DNA of 61,970 nt, filler included, from Choristocarpus tenellus KU-1152 (Eukaryota > Protista > Phaeophyceae), in the NCBI GenBank assembly GCA_964200185.2. It is 8 parts of 8 records of this genome, joined end to end, with 100 filler letters (N's around TTAATTAATTAA, not from the genome) between each part and the next. Parts side by side here need not be neighbours in the genome. Positions count along the whole stretch, not along the records: positions 10,657 to 20,663 come from CAXNAD020003210.1; positions 20,764 to 29,402 come from CAXNAD020004501.1; 6 more parts are not named here. One strand, given 5' to 3'. The position numbers and the translations under genes were made by a program. Below, in pieces: positions 10,893 through 24,043 of this stretch. Below the pieces are notes generated by a model. It was not told where the DNA came from and did not search any database. It was given only the letters and a program-made list of their open reading frames with translations. Position 1 is the first letter of the stretch; each line of letters begins with the position of its first letter.

Positions 10893-13365
10893 TTGGAACA
10901 TCATAGCCCCAGCAAACCAGGGGCTAGTCCCGGCTATCCACCAGGAGCCACGAATGTGGGCAAGGGGGAGGAGTTGATACACCACATACACAAACTCTCC
11001 TTTGGTGGTGGTCAATGTCAAGAGAGAACAATTACAGGAAGGTCAGAAACACATTTGGGGGGTTGGCATTGATTCTGTAGGCGTTCCATGGCATTGCAGG
11101 GGTGTGATTTTAGAAGCTCAACAGCCTGGATTGCTGAGGACAAGAGTGCACAATAGATTTTGCATTTGGAAGGGGGCACTGATACATTTTCAAGGGAGTC
11201 AAGAGAGGACTACCTCACAATTTTGAGAAAATATATTGAGTGCATCCGTACAATGTAAAATTTTTCAAGGGAATCAGTACTCTCCACCGTAGGTATTGAT
11301 ATGCTTCAAATGCATGTATGTGGATGCGCATACATCCCGATAAAAAGAATAAAAACACAAAAAAATAAAAGGGGATGGGAGGAAAAGGGCCCCTGGGGCA
11401 GGACAGGGTGTGAGGAAGAAAGGCAACCTGTAAATTTTTTCTTCCTCCTTCCAAGTTGAAGCCTCTAACTGTGAGACGATAGCAAATTTGAGACTGATGA
11501 GACACTGCAATCAACCACTATTTTTGAAGACACAGGTTTTTGATATTTGTGTCCAATCACAGTCTTGATCCCCCCCCCCGCCACTGTTATACCTGCCTTG
11601 CGTAGAGATGGCAAAGCAACCAATCCACACACAAACACACACAAACAAACAAAAGGATCATCTTTATTGATTAATCCATCCTGGCATGGTGTATGTGTAT
11701 GCCATGCAAAAGGCAGTGGAAAGATTAAGATAGTATATTGTCAAGTTAACCACCCCTACTCCTTTCCAGGAGTATTTGCTGGATTAAGTTTCTGCTGTAT
11801 TTAACAAGTACCAAAGACTGGGTTGCTATTCTGGTTTAGGGCTAGGCTTGGCTACACTACTGTTACAAACATGATTTTACTTTCCCTGCACTCTCAGCAG
11901 ATCCTCCAAGGGTACTAAGACTCAACAAAGATTCTTATCCACACCAAACTATCCGTACCAAAACTCACCAAGCATAATGGGTGCCCAGATAATAAATGCC
12001 CAGCTTGCAGGTGTGAAGAATCTGATGGGAGGGGGAGGAGAGCTCCTGCCAGAGCCATCAGCGGCTGCACTCCTACTACCATCAAGGCGCCCACCAGTAA
12101 ACACTGCCTTCATATTCCCACCCCAGGCCAACAGAGTGAGTACCTGGCAGAGGAAAAGAGATGGGAGGGTGTTGGAGAGAACAGTCATGGAACGGCAGCA
12201 GAGTTTGTAGTAGGGGTAGGGCAGGTGAAGGCAGCAGAAGGTGCCACAACCTCCAAGGATGAAGAAACAAGGCATGGAAGAGGAATATGGGGCCATTCCA
12301 TGAGAACAGGAGTGGCAAACGATGGGACGAATCAGCTATTGACATCTATCCTCATGGTCCCTTCTATTTTGCCCTCTTGTCTATTGTGTGTACATAGGGA
12401 TGGTAGTGGTCTGTTCTCATTGATAAGATGAGGAACGTAGAGCGTGCATGCCTCCAATGGATTTTTCTTGCTGTTTTACTTTTGTTTCAGATATTCGGGA
12501 AAAAAGATGACTGGGGTTTTTTGCACCCGTCAAGCGATGGCAGGATCGAGATAGCACACCTGCCAGGGATCCAGGAAGGGCACCACCCATGAAGACTGGA
12601 GCAGGTTCGACTGAACCAGTTCGTAAAGGCATCCACTGCCCAAAGCTGCCAATCCAATTATGCCAATAGCACGGCTCCTGGGCTGCAAGGAACAGGCAAT
12701 TCATTCGTGTTAGTAGTATGGTAGGCAGGGGAAGTAGGGTGGACTGTTGAGAACAGCGCAAAGGAGAGGGTGTGCAAGGGCGAGAGGGCGAAGGATCTGC
12801 TAATCAGGAGCAGGTATAGAGCGATACTAGGTATATGATTCATAGCACCTATCAACATTGACAATAAAACCTACCAACAGTTGGGCATTAGTCTACCATC
12901 ATCCCAAACCACACCTCCCTCCAGAAAATGATGGGCATTCACCTTATCGGGTATATGTGGCAAGTAAAATTTCCTTGGTATCCCAGAAGTCATCTGTCCC
13001 TGACGTAGTAGCGGTCGTGGTGACTTGACCGGCTTGACTGTAACCTTGGGTGCCGCCTTTGGTGCAACACTCGCATCTTTGGCGGGCTTTGCGGTACGGA
13101 AAAGCTTGCCTCCTTCGCGCATTTTTGGGGGGGCTGGGACTTTCTTCGTTGATTTTGGCTCCGAAGAACTAGATGTGGCCAGAGATGACGATGATAACAG
13201 AATTCGCTTGCGGGGAGTGGATGAGTGTGAAACAACCTGTTTGGGACTGTGTTTCTTCACACGTACTTCTTTCGCTGCTTCTGCGAGAGGGTGAAAGAGA
13301 ACTGCAGGAAACACTGCCAGGAGTAAATAGATCTTAGACCTAGGTTTGCAGTGGGTATGGGGCAT
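10893..13365 (-). CDS. Multi-exon membrane protein with FTPAxWAFxIW motif (TspO/DUF1774-like), 3'-partial; exons 13365-12943, 12682-12560, 12143-11969, 10999-10893
   Basis: GT-AG junctions with consistent phases give ...PDK|PRSRAIGIIGLAALG...DPWQ|VLTLLAWGGN..GGRLDG..FFTPASWAFIIWAPIMLG|EFVYVVYQLLP..SPWFAGAMMFQ. Family name from memory. Confidence 0.7.
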
Positions 13366-15400
13366 GTTGGTAGGACTGTAGTTCAAGCATATGAGTAAGG
13401 GAAAAGGGGCGATTCCTGACTCATGTTTCAAGGCGATAGTGCTGAAGGTAACTGTATTTTTCATTTCAACAAAATTGGAAAAGTGGGAAAACAAGAAAAT
13501 TCAACACCCCTACATCAAACGTAAATACCATCACATCAAGCAAGAAGTAAAGATGAAAGCGTGTAAAGACATCCCTAATACATTCTTTCAGGCATCCTTC
13601 CGCAACTCTGCTTCCAATTTTCACTCAAATGGGATTTAGGGTTGTCGAGTATGCCTTGCTGTTGAAAGAACACCCTTGTCAATCAAGGATCTTGGGAGAT
13701 CTGGCAGACGCTAGGCATGCCAAAAAATTGCGTGAAGGCCGCCTAAGTTAGAATTCAGAGCTTCTAGCTGGTCAAAAGCAAGCGCGGTGTGTCCGTCGGC
13801 ACGTCGGATGTCTCGCAAACGCTGTGGCACCATGAAATTCAAGACTTGTGTGGTGGGTGTAAGCAAGTTTTGCAGACAGAACGTACCCTTGATTAGTATC
13901 ATTTGAAAGCACGGCTCCTCCAGAGGACCGTGACCCACTTCAGAGTCATCTTGACGTCCTTTTGTGACTTCTAGCTTTGAGTCAAATCGGCCTTGTAATT
14001 GTTGGATTATCGCTTGTTTCCCGTACCACAAGGCATATCAAATCGACAATGGGGTGCTAAACCTCCCAGTCTAGGCAAGCAAGTTCCAGAATACGGCGCA
14101 ACAAGCACTGAGATCCTTCAACCGTTGCCACTAAAGATATTATGTCAGCGGTCAAGAGTTATGGTGAGGTTCATATCAGTTGCAACCGCTTCCTCCCCAA
14201 AGTAACGTCAAGGCCTGCAACCCATTTCAGATTCATCTCGACGCCCTTACACAACTTCCTACCTAACATTCGGGCAATCGACCTTGTAGCTGTCGAACTA
14301 GGCCTCGTTCTATATCATAAGACTCATCAAGTCATCTCTGGGTGCTAACGCTCGAAAGCTGGGGAAGAAAATCACAACAACCAAGCCAGCACTGAGACCC
14401 ATCCATGGTTGTCAGTTTGGATAATGTCAGTGGTCAACTTGAAAAACGTATTAACCAGGAAATTGCAAGGACTTCTTAGAAGGAGAGGGGAAAGAAGGCC
14501 TAATTTGTACCCAAGTCGTTCTCTATAATTGACTGCTGGAGGTAATACTGACTCAACCACTACTGTGATCAGTGCCTACTGGATCTTCAAATCTTTTCCT
14601 CAGTCACTGGTAATTCAACCCATCTTAGACTCGTGTCCTAGTAGACATTTTTCGGATGCTAGGATGTGCTTGCATACATCGTATATACATCCACAATTTG
14701 GGCCACAGATATTGCCATGCCTGGCAATATCTTGTGTTACATAGCTTTGCTACTATATCACAGACAACTGAACAAGGAAATATCACCAGAAGGTCGTGCA
14801 GGTTGACTTTGCCAACAAAATTCGTACACTTATTGTGCTAAATCAATTACGTCCCTTAAACTCATGAAGAATGAGGTTTGAAGCGTAACAAATAGCTTTC
14901 TGTTTGAGGTACCTACCAAGAAAAAAGAACCACCAAGAATAGAATCAAACCCCTAATTGGATCGGAGGAAGCAAAAGGTGTCGCTTTCTTCCTTTCAAAG
15001 TCACAGGAGAGGCAAAGCACCTGTTTGAAGGTAAAAAGAAACTTCTCTATATGCAACATAGAAGGAAATGGTCTCTCCAGAGGGCCAAAATATTCATTTT
15101 TGTGTAGGGCATCGAAGATGGATGGAATACCATCACTCTGGACTACCGCAGTGAACTGTATTCGAAGTCAAAGGATACTTGATTTCGTTTCACCAAGCCA
15201 GTGGTGGTTGAGTCCCTCTCGCACAAGGAGCAAAACAGTAGTAGTGAAGAACATGAGCATTGAGACAAGGAAAGAACTATGTACCGGAGACTGTCAATCA
15301 ATAATTCTATTTCAACTCTAACACAAATTTCAATGAAAGAATAGTATATACTGGGGTAAATGTGTTCATGCTGTCTGTTTTGTATCAAACTTTACCATAC

Positions 15401-16610
15401 CTCTCACGGGATGAAGTGTCCATCTTGTCGGAGCCAAGTCGGATCTTGAAGCCAGAAGACACAGAAGAGGAAGCAGCTTCACCTGACTGGAACATGCCAC
15501 CATTCTTCTTCGAGTAGATAGGGCGGATCAGGTTCTGAATATGTAGACACCAAAATGCATGAAGCAGAACATACCAAATTACGAACCATCAGGCAGGAAT
15601 CGTATTCCATACATAGGTAAAAATAAATATATGCCTTACGTGATGAAGCTCCTACTCTTACCCAAGTGGATAGATGCCATTCACAGGTAGATGTGAAATG
15701 TACATGCATATATGCGTTTTGCAAAATCAGTCTTGTGGATGAGGAGAGGTTAGTACAGAGTTAGCACTGACATCTGAAAACCTCGCAACCCCACATCCTA
15801 GTGGCCTGCTATGCGCATTTTGGAGTGTTCTTAGTCCTGAACTCACCTTTTAAAGCTTGGTGTCATGCACTATACCTTGTCTACCACAATACAATAGAAA
15901 AAGGCAGGGTAGAATTAATTCGGTTTGCATTTGATTTTTAGAAATAGAAGGAGGGTGGAGGACGAAAATTTCTCTCCATGACACCTACACGATGGGTAGT
16001 GGTCGTAGGCATGAGTGATGGATGCGCCAAGACCTTGCAACAAGAATATTTCCTGAGTGTTTCCCTCACCGTGCCCTTGTCCTCCGTCCACCAAGGTTTG
16101 CTTTGATCCATCAATGTTGAAGAATAATCAACGTCCCCTGGCAATCTTTTGGGCGATGAGCCTATTGTGTGAGCTTCGGACTTCCTGATCTTCTCCTGCC
16201 AGTCCAGCCCGGATTGTTTGTAAGGTCAAGGCTACTGTGAGCCCAACTTTGGAAAACCTACTATCGTCAATCCTCTAAAATATCGAAGTGTCAATTTCAT
16301 TATCTAAGGCTTTCTATTGTGTCTGGAGGAATGGGGAGGGTACAAGACTCAAGATGGATTCTTCAGAGAGTTGATTTCATCATAGTCTGGTTCCTCACAT
16401 TTCTGGATATGTGTTGTTACCTCTTCGATCCACCAAGGCTTAGTAGACCACCCAACAGTCGAAGCCACTACGCCTTTCGCTTCATGCTTGGACTTCGACA
16501 CCCCTCCACCCCGGAAGCGAACGTAGTGTAAGAAAGGTGTATCGCCAATGGGTTGGAGGTTTACGGTCGTCTCGTCATCCCTGGATATATGACCTACTCT
16601 TAGGGTGTCG
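15401..16610 (-). CDS. Hypothetical spliced gene divergent from HAT1 (candidate exons ~16610-16421, 16195-16070, 15534-15401)
   Basis: Three phase-compatible GT-AG exons: ..KPWWIEE|EKIRKSEAH..KPWWTEDKGT|NLIRPIYSKK... No recognised domain; both ends unknown. Confidence 0.35.
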
Positions 16611-17226
16611 CTAGCAATATATTGTCCATTGATTTGTGGGAAGTGTGCTGTGATTGTCGGCAAGATCACAGGTACAAGGAAAATTGCGGGGCCCAAAGCG
16701 AGTAGGCCCGGAGACGGCATAGGCCCATGCCCCAATCTGTCAAATTTAGACGGTTGCAAGTGTCGTAGAGTTGAACGCTTGGAACTTGGAACTTGGAACT
16801 TGGGAACCTTTGAAAATGAAGAACACAGAGTTAGGGGGGATACGAATGTTGGAGCTTGAAACTCCTTTTTGGAAAACACGCCATGCAAGGTTGTAGACAA
16901 ATTATCGTGTTACAATTTAAAAACACTACTTTGGTCACAACTACTGTGGCACTTGGTGGTGCTGGTTGGTTAGGGTCAGTTGAAATCAGGTTGTGGTCTA
17001 GGGGAGGGTTCGGCCAAGTCCTAGAAAGCTTTCCCCGCTAGCATCAGAATACCAAACGTTCACTAGCTTGTCAGAGGGAACACAGGGACAGGACTCAATT
17101 TTATGTTTTGTCCAAATCGTCGACTTTTCATCATTCCTACCAGTATCTGGTGACTTCTTTTGGAAGATCCACACATAGGGCTGAAATTACGCCCTTCAGC
17201 GTGCTTTAGAGACACCACCCATTGAT

Positions 17227-20200
17227 ATGAGCAGTCGTCCTGCCAAGCGGGTCAAATTCCAAGAACCAGGGAACAATGAAGTCATCGAATATTCGTCTGT
17301 TGGAGAGTCAGATAGAGAACAAGAAGAGGTAGAGCATCCGTCGTGCGGTGCAAACGATGCAATACAGATTGGCTTCGGTGAGTGCTTTGGACGGGGGTGG
17401 CGTTCTGTAAGAATTTTTGGGGTATATTGACATGCACTGGAGGTTTTGCCCTTATTAGATCGGTAGATAGTTTGCAATGAGTCTTGGAAAGGGTTGTGCA
17501 AGGTCTTAAGGGGTGGCATGCAGTTTGGTTATACTGTGTTGCTTGGTATGATAGTGAGGCGTGATAGAGGATTTTGAACGGTTTTGTTCACGGGCTTAAC
17601 ATGAAGATAGGAGATGATTCGTGATTGTGACGTCAACCCTTCCAAATCCGATATGATGTGAAGATCAAATAATTATTGGACAGATGAGGAGGCTTCCTTT
17701 CTCTAACCTCGCCACAATCTTCGGCGGCAGTGGAAGCATGGGAAGAGATAGAGAACGCGCTCAAGGGGGAAAGTCACCTGCAATGGCACAATCCAGAATT
17801 TACGCACCAACTCTTCGATGAAGAGTGCATCAAAGGCTACGAGGAAGGAGAAGTTGCCATTCAAGTGGTCCTTGGAGGGGTGTCGCTTGCATGCTTGGTG
17901 AAGATTGATATCCAAGGCAACAAGAGCACCAACTGTAGGTATTGAGCACCATTGGTCGATTGTACCCGTAGTAGTATTATCGTATTTCTGTATCAGCTGT
18001 GAAAAATCTCGTGTATCCTTGCCTTTATTTCCCTCATCAGCGTCTACCCCACCTCGCAAAAATATCTGTCATTGTTCATGAACAGAGAGGATATCATGTC
18101 TCAACTATCCAATGGGCTGCCAGAGGGGTACACAAGTGATAAGAAAGAGTTTGAAGCCCAGCTTGGGAAGGAGAAGGTGAGTGGTGAGGGTGCCAGTACC
18201 CCCCTCAATGAACAGACTGAGTACATCGCTACAGGAATCATGGGCAGATTGTGTGCATGAAGTCACAGTGTGTAATCGTTCATATTCCTTCTATATATAT
18301 ATTTACACACTTAAGTCTGGGCACTCTCCAAACCCATGGTTTGAAGCACTACATACAGCACTACTTCTCATGCTAACTACTGTAACTAATTGTACTGTCT
18401 CCACTCATTCATTGCTTCTTGCGCTATATCCTTGGATGCACAAGGCAGTATGAGCGTGGGATGTGCGAGGTATTTGTATATTTGCATCCTATACAGTAAA
18501 ATGGTCTTCCTTGTTTACTTATTGAGTGCCTGCCTTGAAAGCTGTTTTGACTCAAGCCTTACCTGCTTGTTGGACCCCGTATGGTCTCTCTCATATGAGG
18601 TACAACAGCAGTCTCTGACCAAATACTATCTTCGCCTTGGTATATCTTCATTTCTACACAGCAATCGACTACATTACACACAAATTGCTAGGGCCATTGT
18701 CCTTTGTGCAGGAAACGTTGATTCCCTTGAACTCTGCTCCGTGCAACACAATGTTGTCGCCCGTGTTTCCTCCAGACCATGTAATACTTCTAGCATGGTG
18801 TGGTGCAGATAGCGCTTTTGCTCCTCATGTCATTGAACGAGCACGTTGGACCAACGTTCGTCACACTGGCATCTCCCTGTTATTTCTTCCTCGTCCGCGT
18901 TTACTCTTAAAGGTTACCCATATCCTGCCTTTTTAAGTCTGGAACTTTTCTTGCCCGCTAGGCCCCTCAACTAATCTCTCTTCCCATAATTTCACTGCAC
19001 ATTTCTGCTATTTTGATGGTGCTTTTTTTTTTTAATGGCCTGAACAAGCGAAGCATCGGAATCCACCACACCAATACGTCTTCTCTTTTGTTCCCACCAG
19101 ATAAGGTTAGGGTTAGGGTTACGTGTGTTGCTGCACCTTTTTCTTGCGTGCTGTCGAGGAGTCTTGAAGTATCACATTTAGTTATGCAAGCGTCGTTATG
19201 GTGCTGTGCTTTGCGCAGGTTACAGAAAGGCCACTTCTACCGTTCGGATAGCAACATAATTCCTCAACTTCGCTTCCGAATATTGCAATGTGCAGAACCT
19301 TCTTTGCCGTTTCTTTGTATATTTTACTATTCTGTATGGCACTATATGCATCTATTTTACTATATGCGTACAGATCGAACGCTTCTTACCCTACTCTACA
19401 TGGTGGTACATGGTAAGGACCAAGTGCAGATGCAAATGCAGCAGTTGCGTGACTCGATTGAATTGCGTGAGGTTTGGATACCGTGTCGGGCGAGCTGGAG
19501 CAATGCTTTTTGTAAAGTCAGTTGGTGTTTGGAAGCATTGCACGGCCCAGCAACCTACATGTCTTTGAATTTGATACTCTGAGCACATAATAGATGTGAC
19601 ATCTATCTGTTGCGCAGCTAGTCCCACGACTTGGTGGCGCTTGATTCACCCCTCATAGATAGCACCGATTAAAAAAAATACTAATAACAAAAAAAATACA
19701 CTTGCTTCAGTAGGCTCGCCTTCGTTACTGAATCTCGAAACCCCTGCCGCCTGCGTACCCCTCAGGAATTTGAATTCCCTGGGCAGAAAATTCACGAATA
19801 CGCCCGAGGTGGCACAACCTTCTTCGTACACAGGGCCACAGGCAATCACAAAGGGGCCTGCGAATACCATGCCCAAGCTGAGCGCCTGGCCATCTGGTAC
19901 ATTGAGAGTGAGCTATGTGTAGTTACGCTTGTTTTTGCTGAAGATACCTTCTTTACTACAACATGGTCTTACTGCACATAGACTTTCGTAAATGATAGCC
20001 TCATATTTTTTGGGAAATGTTTGTATTAGAAAGGTTCCTTGTGTGTGTGTTTGTGTGTATGTGTGTGTGTGACTTAGCCAAGATGTAATGGGCAAAACAG
20101 CTACAGGACAAAGCCATGAATCCAATTGACTTAATGCAACAAATCGGCTCTTTCCATCAGTGTGAACGATGCTTTTGGTGCCATGTTCCCTTACCCCCTT

Positions 20201-20501
20201 CAATCTTGATTTTAGTACCCTTACTACTTTTTTAGAGCATGGTGTATTTCAATTCAATGTCTTGATACAAAACCTGTGCCCTTGTTTTGTGCGAGAAAAG
20301 CTGCTGATTCTATAGATCTGAAAGACGATCGATGGGAGATCTTTTACATCTTTGGAGAGAAGCAGCAAGATATTTTGAACAAGAAGGAGCGACGCCGATC
20401 CCTCGTGGGCTATTTCACAGCCTTCAACTTCAGGAACCCCATCAAGGGCATCAGCTTCAGGATATGCCAGGCCCTCGTCTTCCCAATGTACCAACGACAG
20501 G
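17227..20501 (+). CDS. HAT1: Histone acetyltransferase type B catalytic subunit, 3'-partial; exons 17227-17377, 17731-17938, 18086-18176, 19766-19907, 20301-20501
   Basis: Spliced product contains ANDAIQI, HNPEFTHQLFDEECIKGY, FPGQKIHEY, YHAQAERLAIWYIETADSIDLKDDRWEIF, LVGYFT, RICQALVFPMYQRQG (acetyl-CoA motif A). All phases consistent. Confidence 0.93.
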
Positions 20502-20764
20502 GTAAGCTCCAATATGCACTCGCCTTCCTTGAACCCTAGAAAACCTTTCTATTTTTTTCAAAATGGACTGATGTTGGGTGTGGAGTATGAAGTGCACTTG
20601 CAATGTGCTGTGCTTCACCCCCCCCTCCCCCCCCCCCCCCCCCCGTGCGCGCGCGCCTCATGTNNNNNNNNNNNNNNNNNNNNNNNNNNNNNNNNNNNNN
20701 NNNNNNNTTAATTAATTAANNNNNNNNNNNNNNNNNNNNNNNNNNNNNNNNNNNNNNNNNNNNG

Positions 20765-20960
20765 CCCCCCCTGCCTGGTGCCAAACCCTCCACCAAACTA
20801 TTGCCACCCTTGGCCTCACCCCTAGCATTGCTGATCCTGGCAAGTACACTAGAGGGGAGGCTGAGCTTATTCTGTTTGTGTATGTAGATGACATCGACAT
20901 CACTGACAGCAACTCCAGCCTTAAGGATCAACTTCCAGACACTCTGACAAAGAACCTACC
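20765..20960 (+). mobile_element. Copia RT fragment
   Basis: AWCQTLHQ...ADPGKY...LILFVYVDDI; nucleotide similarity to 27005-27200. Confidence 0.75.
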
Positions 20961-21618
20961 ACAAGTATGCTTCGAAGACCTTCCATCTTGGCTTCTTACC
21001 ACCCCACAGGAAATTGACTCTTAGCCAAGTGTTCCTTTGTATTACTAGAATTGATTTATGTTTCACTCTCGAAACATATCGTGATTATTTTTTTTTGCAA
21101 GTCCTGGAGATTATTTTATTCTTGAATTTGATTTCCTTTTTCGTCATCACCCTTCTGGGGGTTTTTTCTTCATAGCCGTACGTCGCACTCCTTCAACAGC
21201 TTTCCACTTCTTTCAGTAAGGGGAAGGTATTGGAACATTGGGTACTCATCTTTGTGATATTGCGACAATACAGTATTACTAGTTCATACTGACTGTGATT
21301 TGCACATCCGTAGGGGTCATTACTCAACTTTACATCATTGGTCCTACATCGTAGGTTCATCAATTACCATTACAACTACATGGTTTATAGCAACATAGAA
21401 CCGTTGACATCTATCAAACATTCAAGCATAGTATGTGGCACATGAGTTGTCCCAGATTTGGATTCAAGTTTATTTTCATCTTCACAACAGAACCACCAGT
21501 TGTATCTCATATATTGTTTATTATTTTTCCTGGCTGGACAGTCCCCACTTAGACACCGAGCTAGCTCACTCTGCACTAAGTGTACCTGATATACAACTGG
21601 ACGCCACATATTCGGAGT

Positions 21619-21874
21619 GAGTCAGTGTATCTTAGAGGGTAGGGCCGCATCCATTTGGTGGTCAAAATCCAATATTGCGGTTTTGATGTCATTTTGACTG
21701 TCGTGTTTGTTAGGAAGTATCAATATCCTTGTTCCAGACACACCTTTTCATAACGTACACATTTTCCTACTCCAAAATGTTTCGGAGAAGGAAAATGTCA
21801 TAAAAAAACATGGGAAGCCAAGCCCCAAACGGACAAAGAGGGCAAGACTCATACTTTCTAAGATACTTTCACTC
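21619..21874 (+). mobile_element. MITE family B (~258 bp), TSD AGT
   Basis: GAGTCAGTGTATCTTAGAGGGTA ... TCTAAGATACTTTCACTC; AGT on both flanks. Confidence 0.9.
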
Positions 21875-22349
21875 AGTGAAAACATTCACAAAACCCTTCT
21901 TCACTAGGTGACAAGCCTCTACATAGAGGATGGATCTCTCTCTTCCTTTGAATATACCAAGGAATATTCAACATCGACGTACCAAATAACCTATGCGCAA
22001 AGCATGTCGCAAAGTTCACCAGCACAAACACATCAGTGCTTCACTGCATGCACTATGACACCTCTTTACCAACCAGCCTGTCATAGTACAATAGACCACA
22101 ATTCATTCAATCCCAGGTTCCAGCATTGCCCCTTGCAACATGGTCACATTTTAAGGCGTACAATGTGCAAGGTAGGTGGGATGTCCTGGAATAGAACCTG
22201 ACGAGTGCCATGATTGCTGGAGCGAACAAAATGCTCAAGGGACATAGTGGAAGCGCCAAGTCTGCCTCTACAATCCACATGAAAGGATGAGTGAGACACT
22301 CGTCCTAATCCGTGGATTCAGCATCTATGGATAACGAGGTTGATGAACT

Positions 22350-22608
22350 GAGCCAAAGTATCTTGGAGGGTAGAGTCGCGTCCATTTGTGGATCAAAATT
22401 CAATGTTGCGATTTTGATGTAATTTTGGTTGTCCTGTTTGTTAGGAAGTGTCAATATCGATGTTTCGGACACACCTTTTCATAATGTGTACATTTTATCT
22501 ACTCCTAAACATTTTTGAGTAGTAAAATGTCATAAAAAAACCCCATTGGATCCAGGCCCCAAATGGACAAATAGGGCAAAACTCGTACCCTCTAAGATAC
22601 TTTCACTC
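22350..22608 (+). mobile_element. MITE family B, TSD ACT
   Basis: GAGCCAAAGTATCTTGGAGGGTA ... TACCCTCTAAGATACTTTCACTC; ACT on both flanks. Confidence 0.92.
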
Positions 22609-23049
22609 ACTGGACTCTGATCCGTTGTTGGTGGTTGAACCCATGGTTTGGATGCCTTCACCAGTATTGTGGTCTTACGTTCATCTCAATGTTCATGTTC
22701 AGTTTCTGCTTTCGACTCTTGCTACTGACAGTGCCCTCTGATTTTGGCATTAGGCAAGCTGAAGAGCAAAGAGGAGCACCCGTGTCTTCGGGAGGCCCCA
22801 CTGTCCTTAGATAACCCCAACTGTCATACTCTTTTTTCACTTCTTCAAAAAAACTTAGGGGAGGTTTCACACACAGGTTAGGATTAGGGGTAGGGTTAGA
22901 GATAGAGTTAGGTTTTCAATAATAAGTGTACAAAAGATTTTTAAGTATGACAGTGGGGCTCCCCTCCCCTGTCCGCTGGAATGCTGGTATATATAGGTTA
23001 AAGCTGAGCCCTTCGCCCTACATCTGAAGTCACCAAATGGTGGTTGACA

Positions 23050-23360
23050 TGAACTGTATGGTTCTGTGGTAGTAGTGTGGTTCAATCAGATGAGCATATT
23101 GAGGAGAATCACTGGGCAAGATGAACCAGACAAATCAAGGTGAACCATTCATGAGAGGACCAGGTATGGTTGGACAAATACTAGCATGGAAAGTGAGGAC
23201 TGACGAGAGAATTAGCAGAGTAACAGGAGGCGACTCCAAAAAGGAGTCCCTCACTTCGTGGAATCTCTGAATAAAGAGAGCCCCACCTGTGGGACTGGTC
23301 TCTTTAAGAGATTCCATGGACTTTGACTTACTGAAGATGCTCCACTGGAATTCCTGACAA
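23050..23360 (-). repeat. LTR-family copy (homologous to 43517-43839 and 28470-28600)
   Basis: Reverse complement contains CCATGGAATCTCTTAAAGAGACCAGTCCCACAG and GTCTGGTTCATCTTGCCCAGTGA, matching the other copies. Boundaries approximate. Confidence 0.65.
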
Positions 23361-24043
23361 GGAACCTCAAGCATACGATAGTTTACGCTTATGGAAATCA
23401 TGGTACGACAACAGGCAACCCTGAGTTCACAGTTGAATAGCACATCTTACAATGAGATATGATGGTGGAAGCTAAACATTGTCTTGTGTACCAAGATCAA
23501 GGTTTCTTACATTTGCCATTGACTTTGGGATTAATTTTGTTTTCTTGAGCTTGCTTAATCTGAATCGATGTAAAGTCGCTCTCAACGTAAACAATCAAGT
23601 TATATAACCAAATAATGTAAGCCTAATGATGGGAGAGCCCTTGCAGCAGTAGACCGATTTGTGGACAGGGGTGTATGGATGGAATGTGGTAGGAGTTCGT
23701 ATTATGCTGGTGGACATAAGTGGAGTAATGAAAGTCAGTTTAACAGAAAATAATAATAATAATAATAACTAAAGACACTCATCAACACATTGAGACTTCA
23801 CTCTCTAAAAATTCTTGACTAGAGCTGTTGCAAGTCCAACAAGGAACGGAGTCCTTACAGTCTGAATATCTTTAGCTATAGATCATAATTCGATCGAATT
23901 CTCGGGGCCTAGCCAGAGGTTTGAGAGCCAGGCATGTGATTTGACCGTGGCAGGTGGTTACATGACCGCAGAGCTTGCTGAGTTGCGGTTAGTGCGTGCA
24001 TGTCATGACCAAGATCAGCTGAGCAGTCGACGAAGAAGGCCTT

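Noticed and set aside
12658-12864. Signal-peptide-like ORF MNHIPSIALYLLL
   Set aside because: Lies in intron 1 of the reconstructed gene and is out of frame with exon 2.
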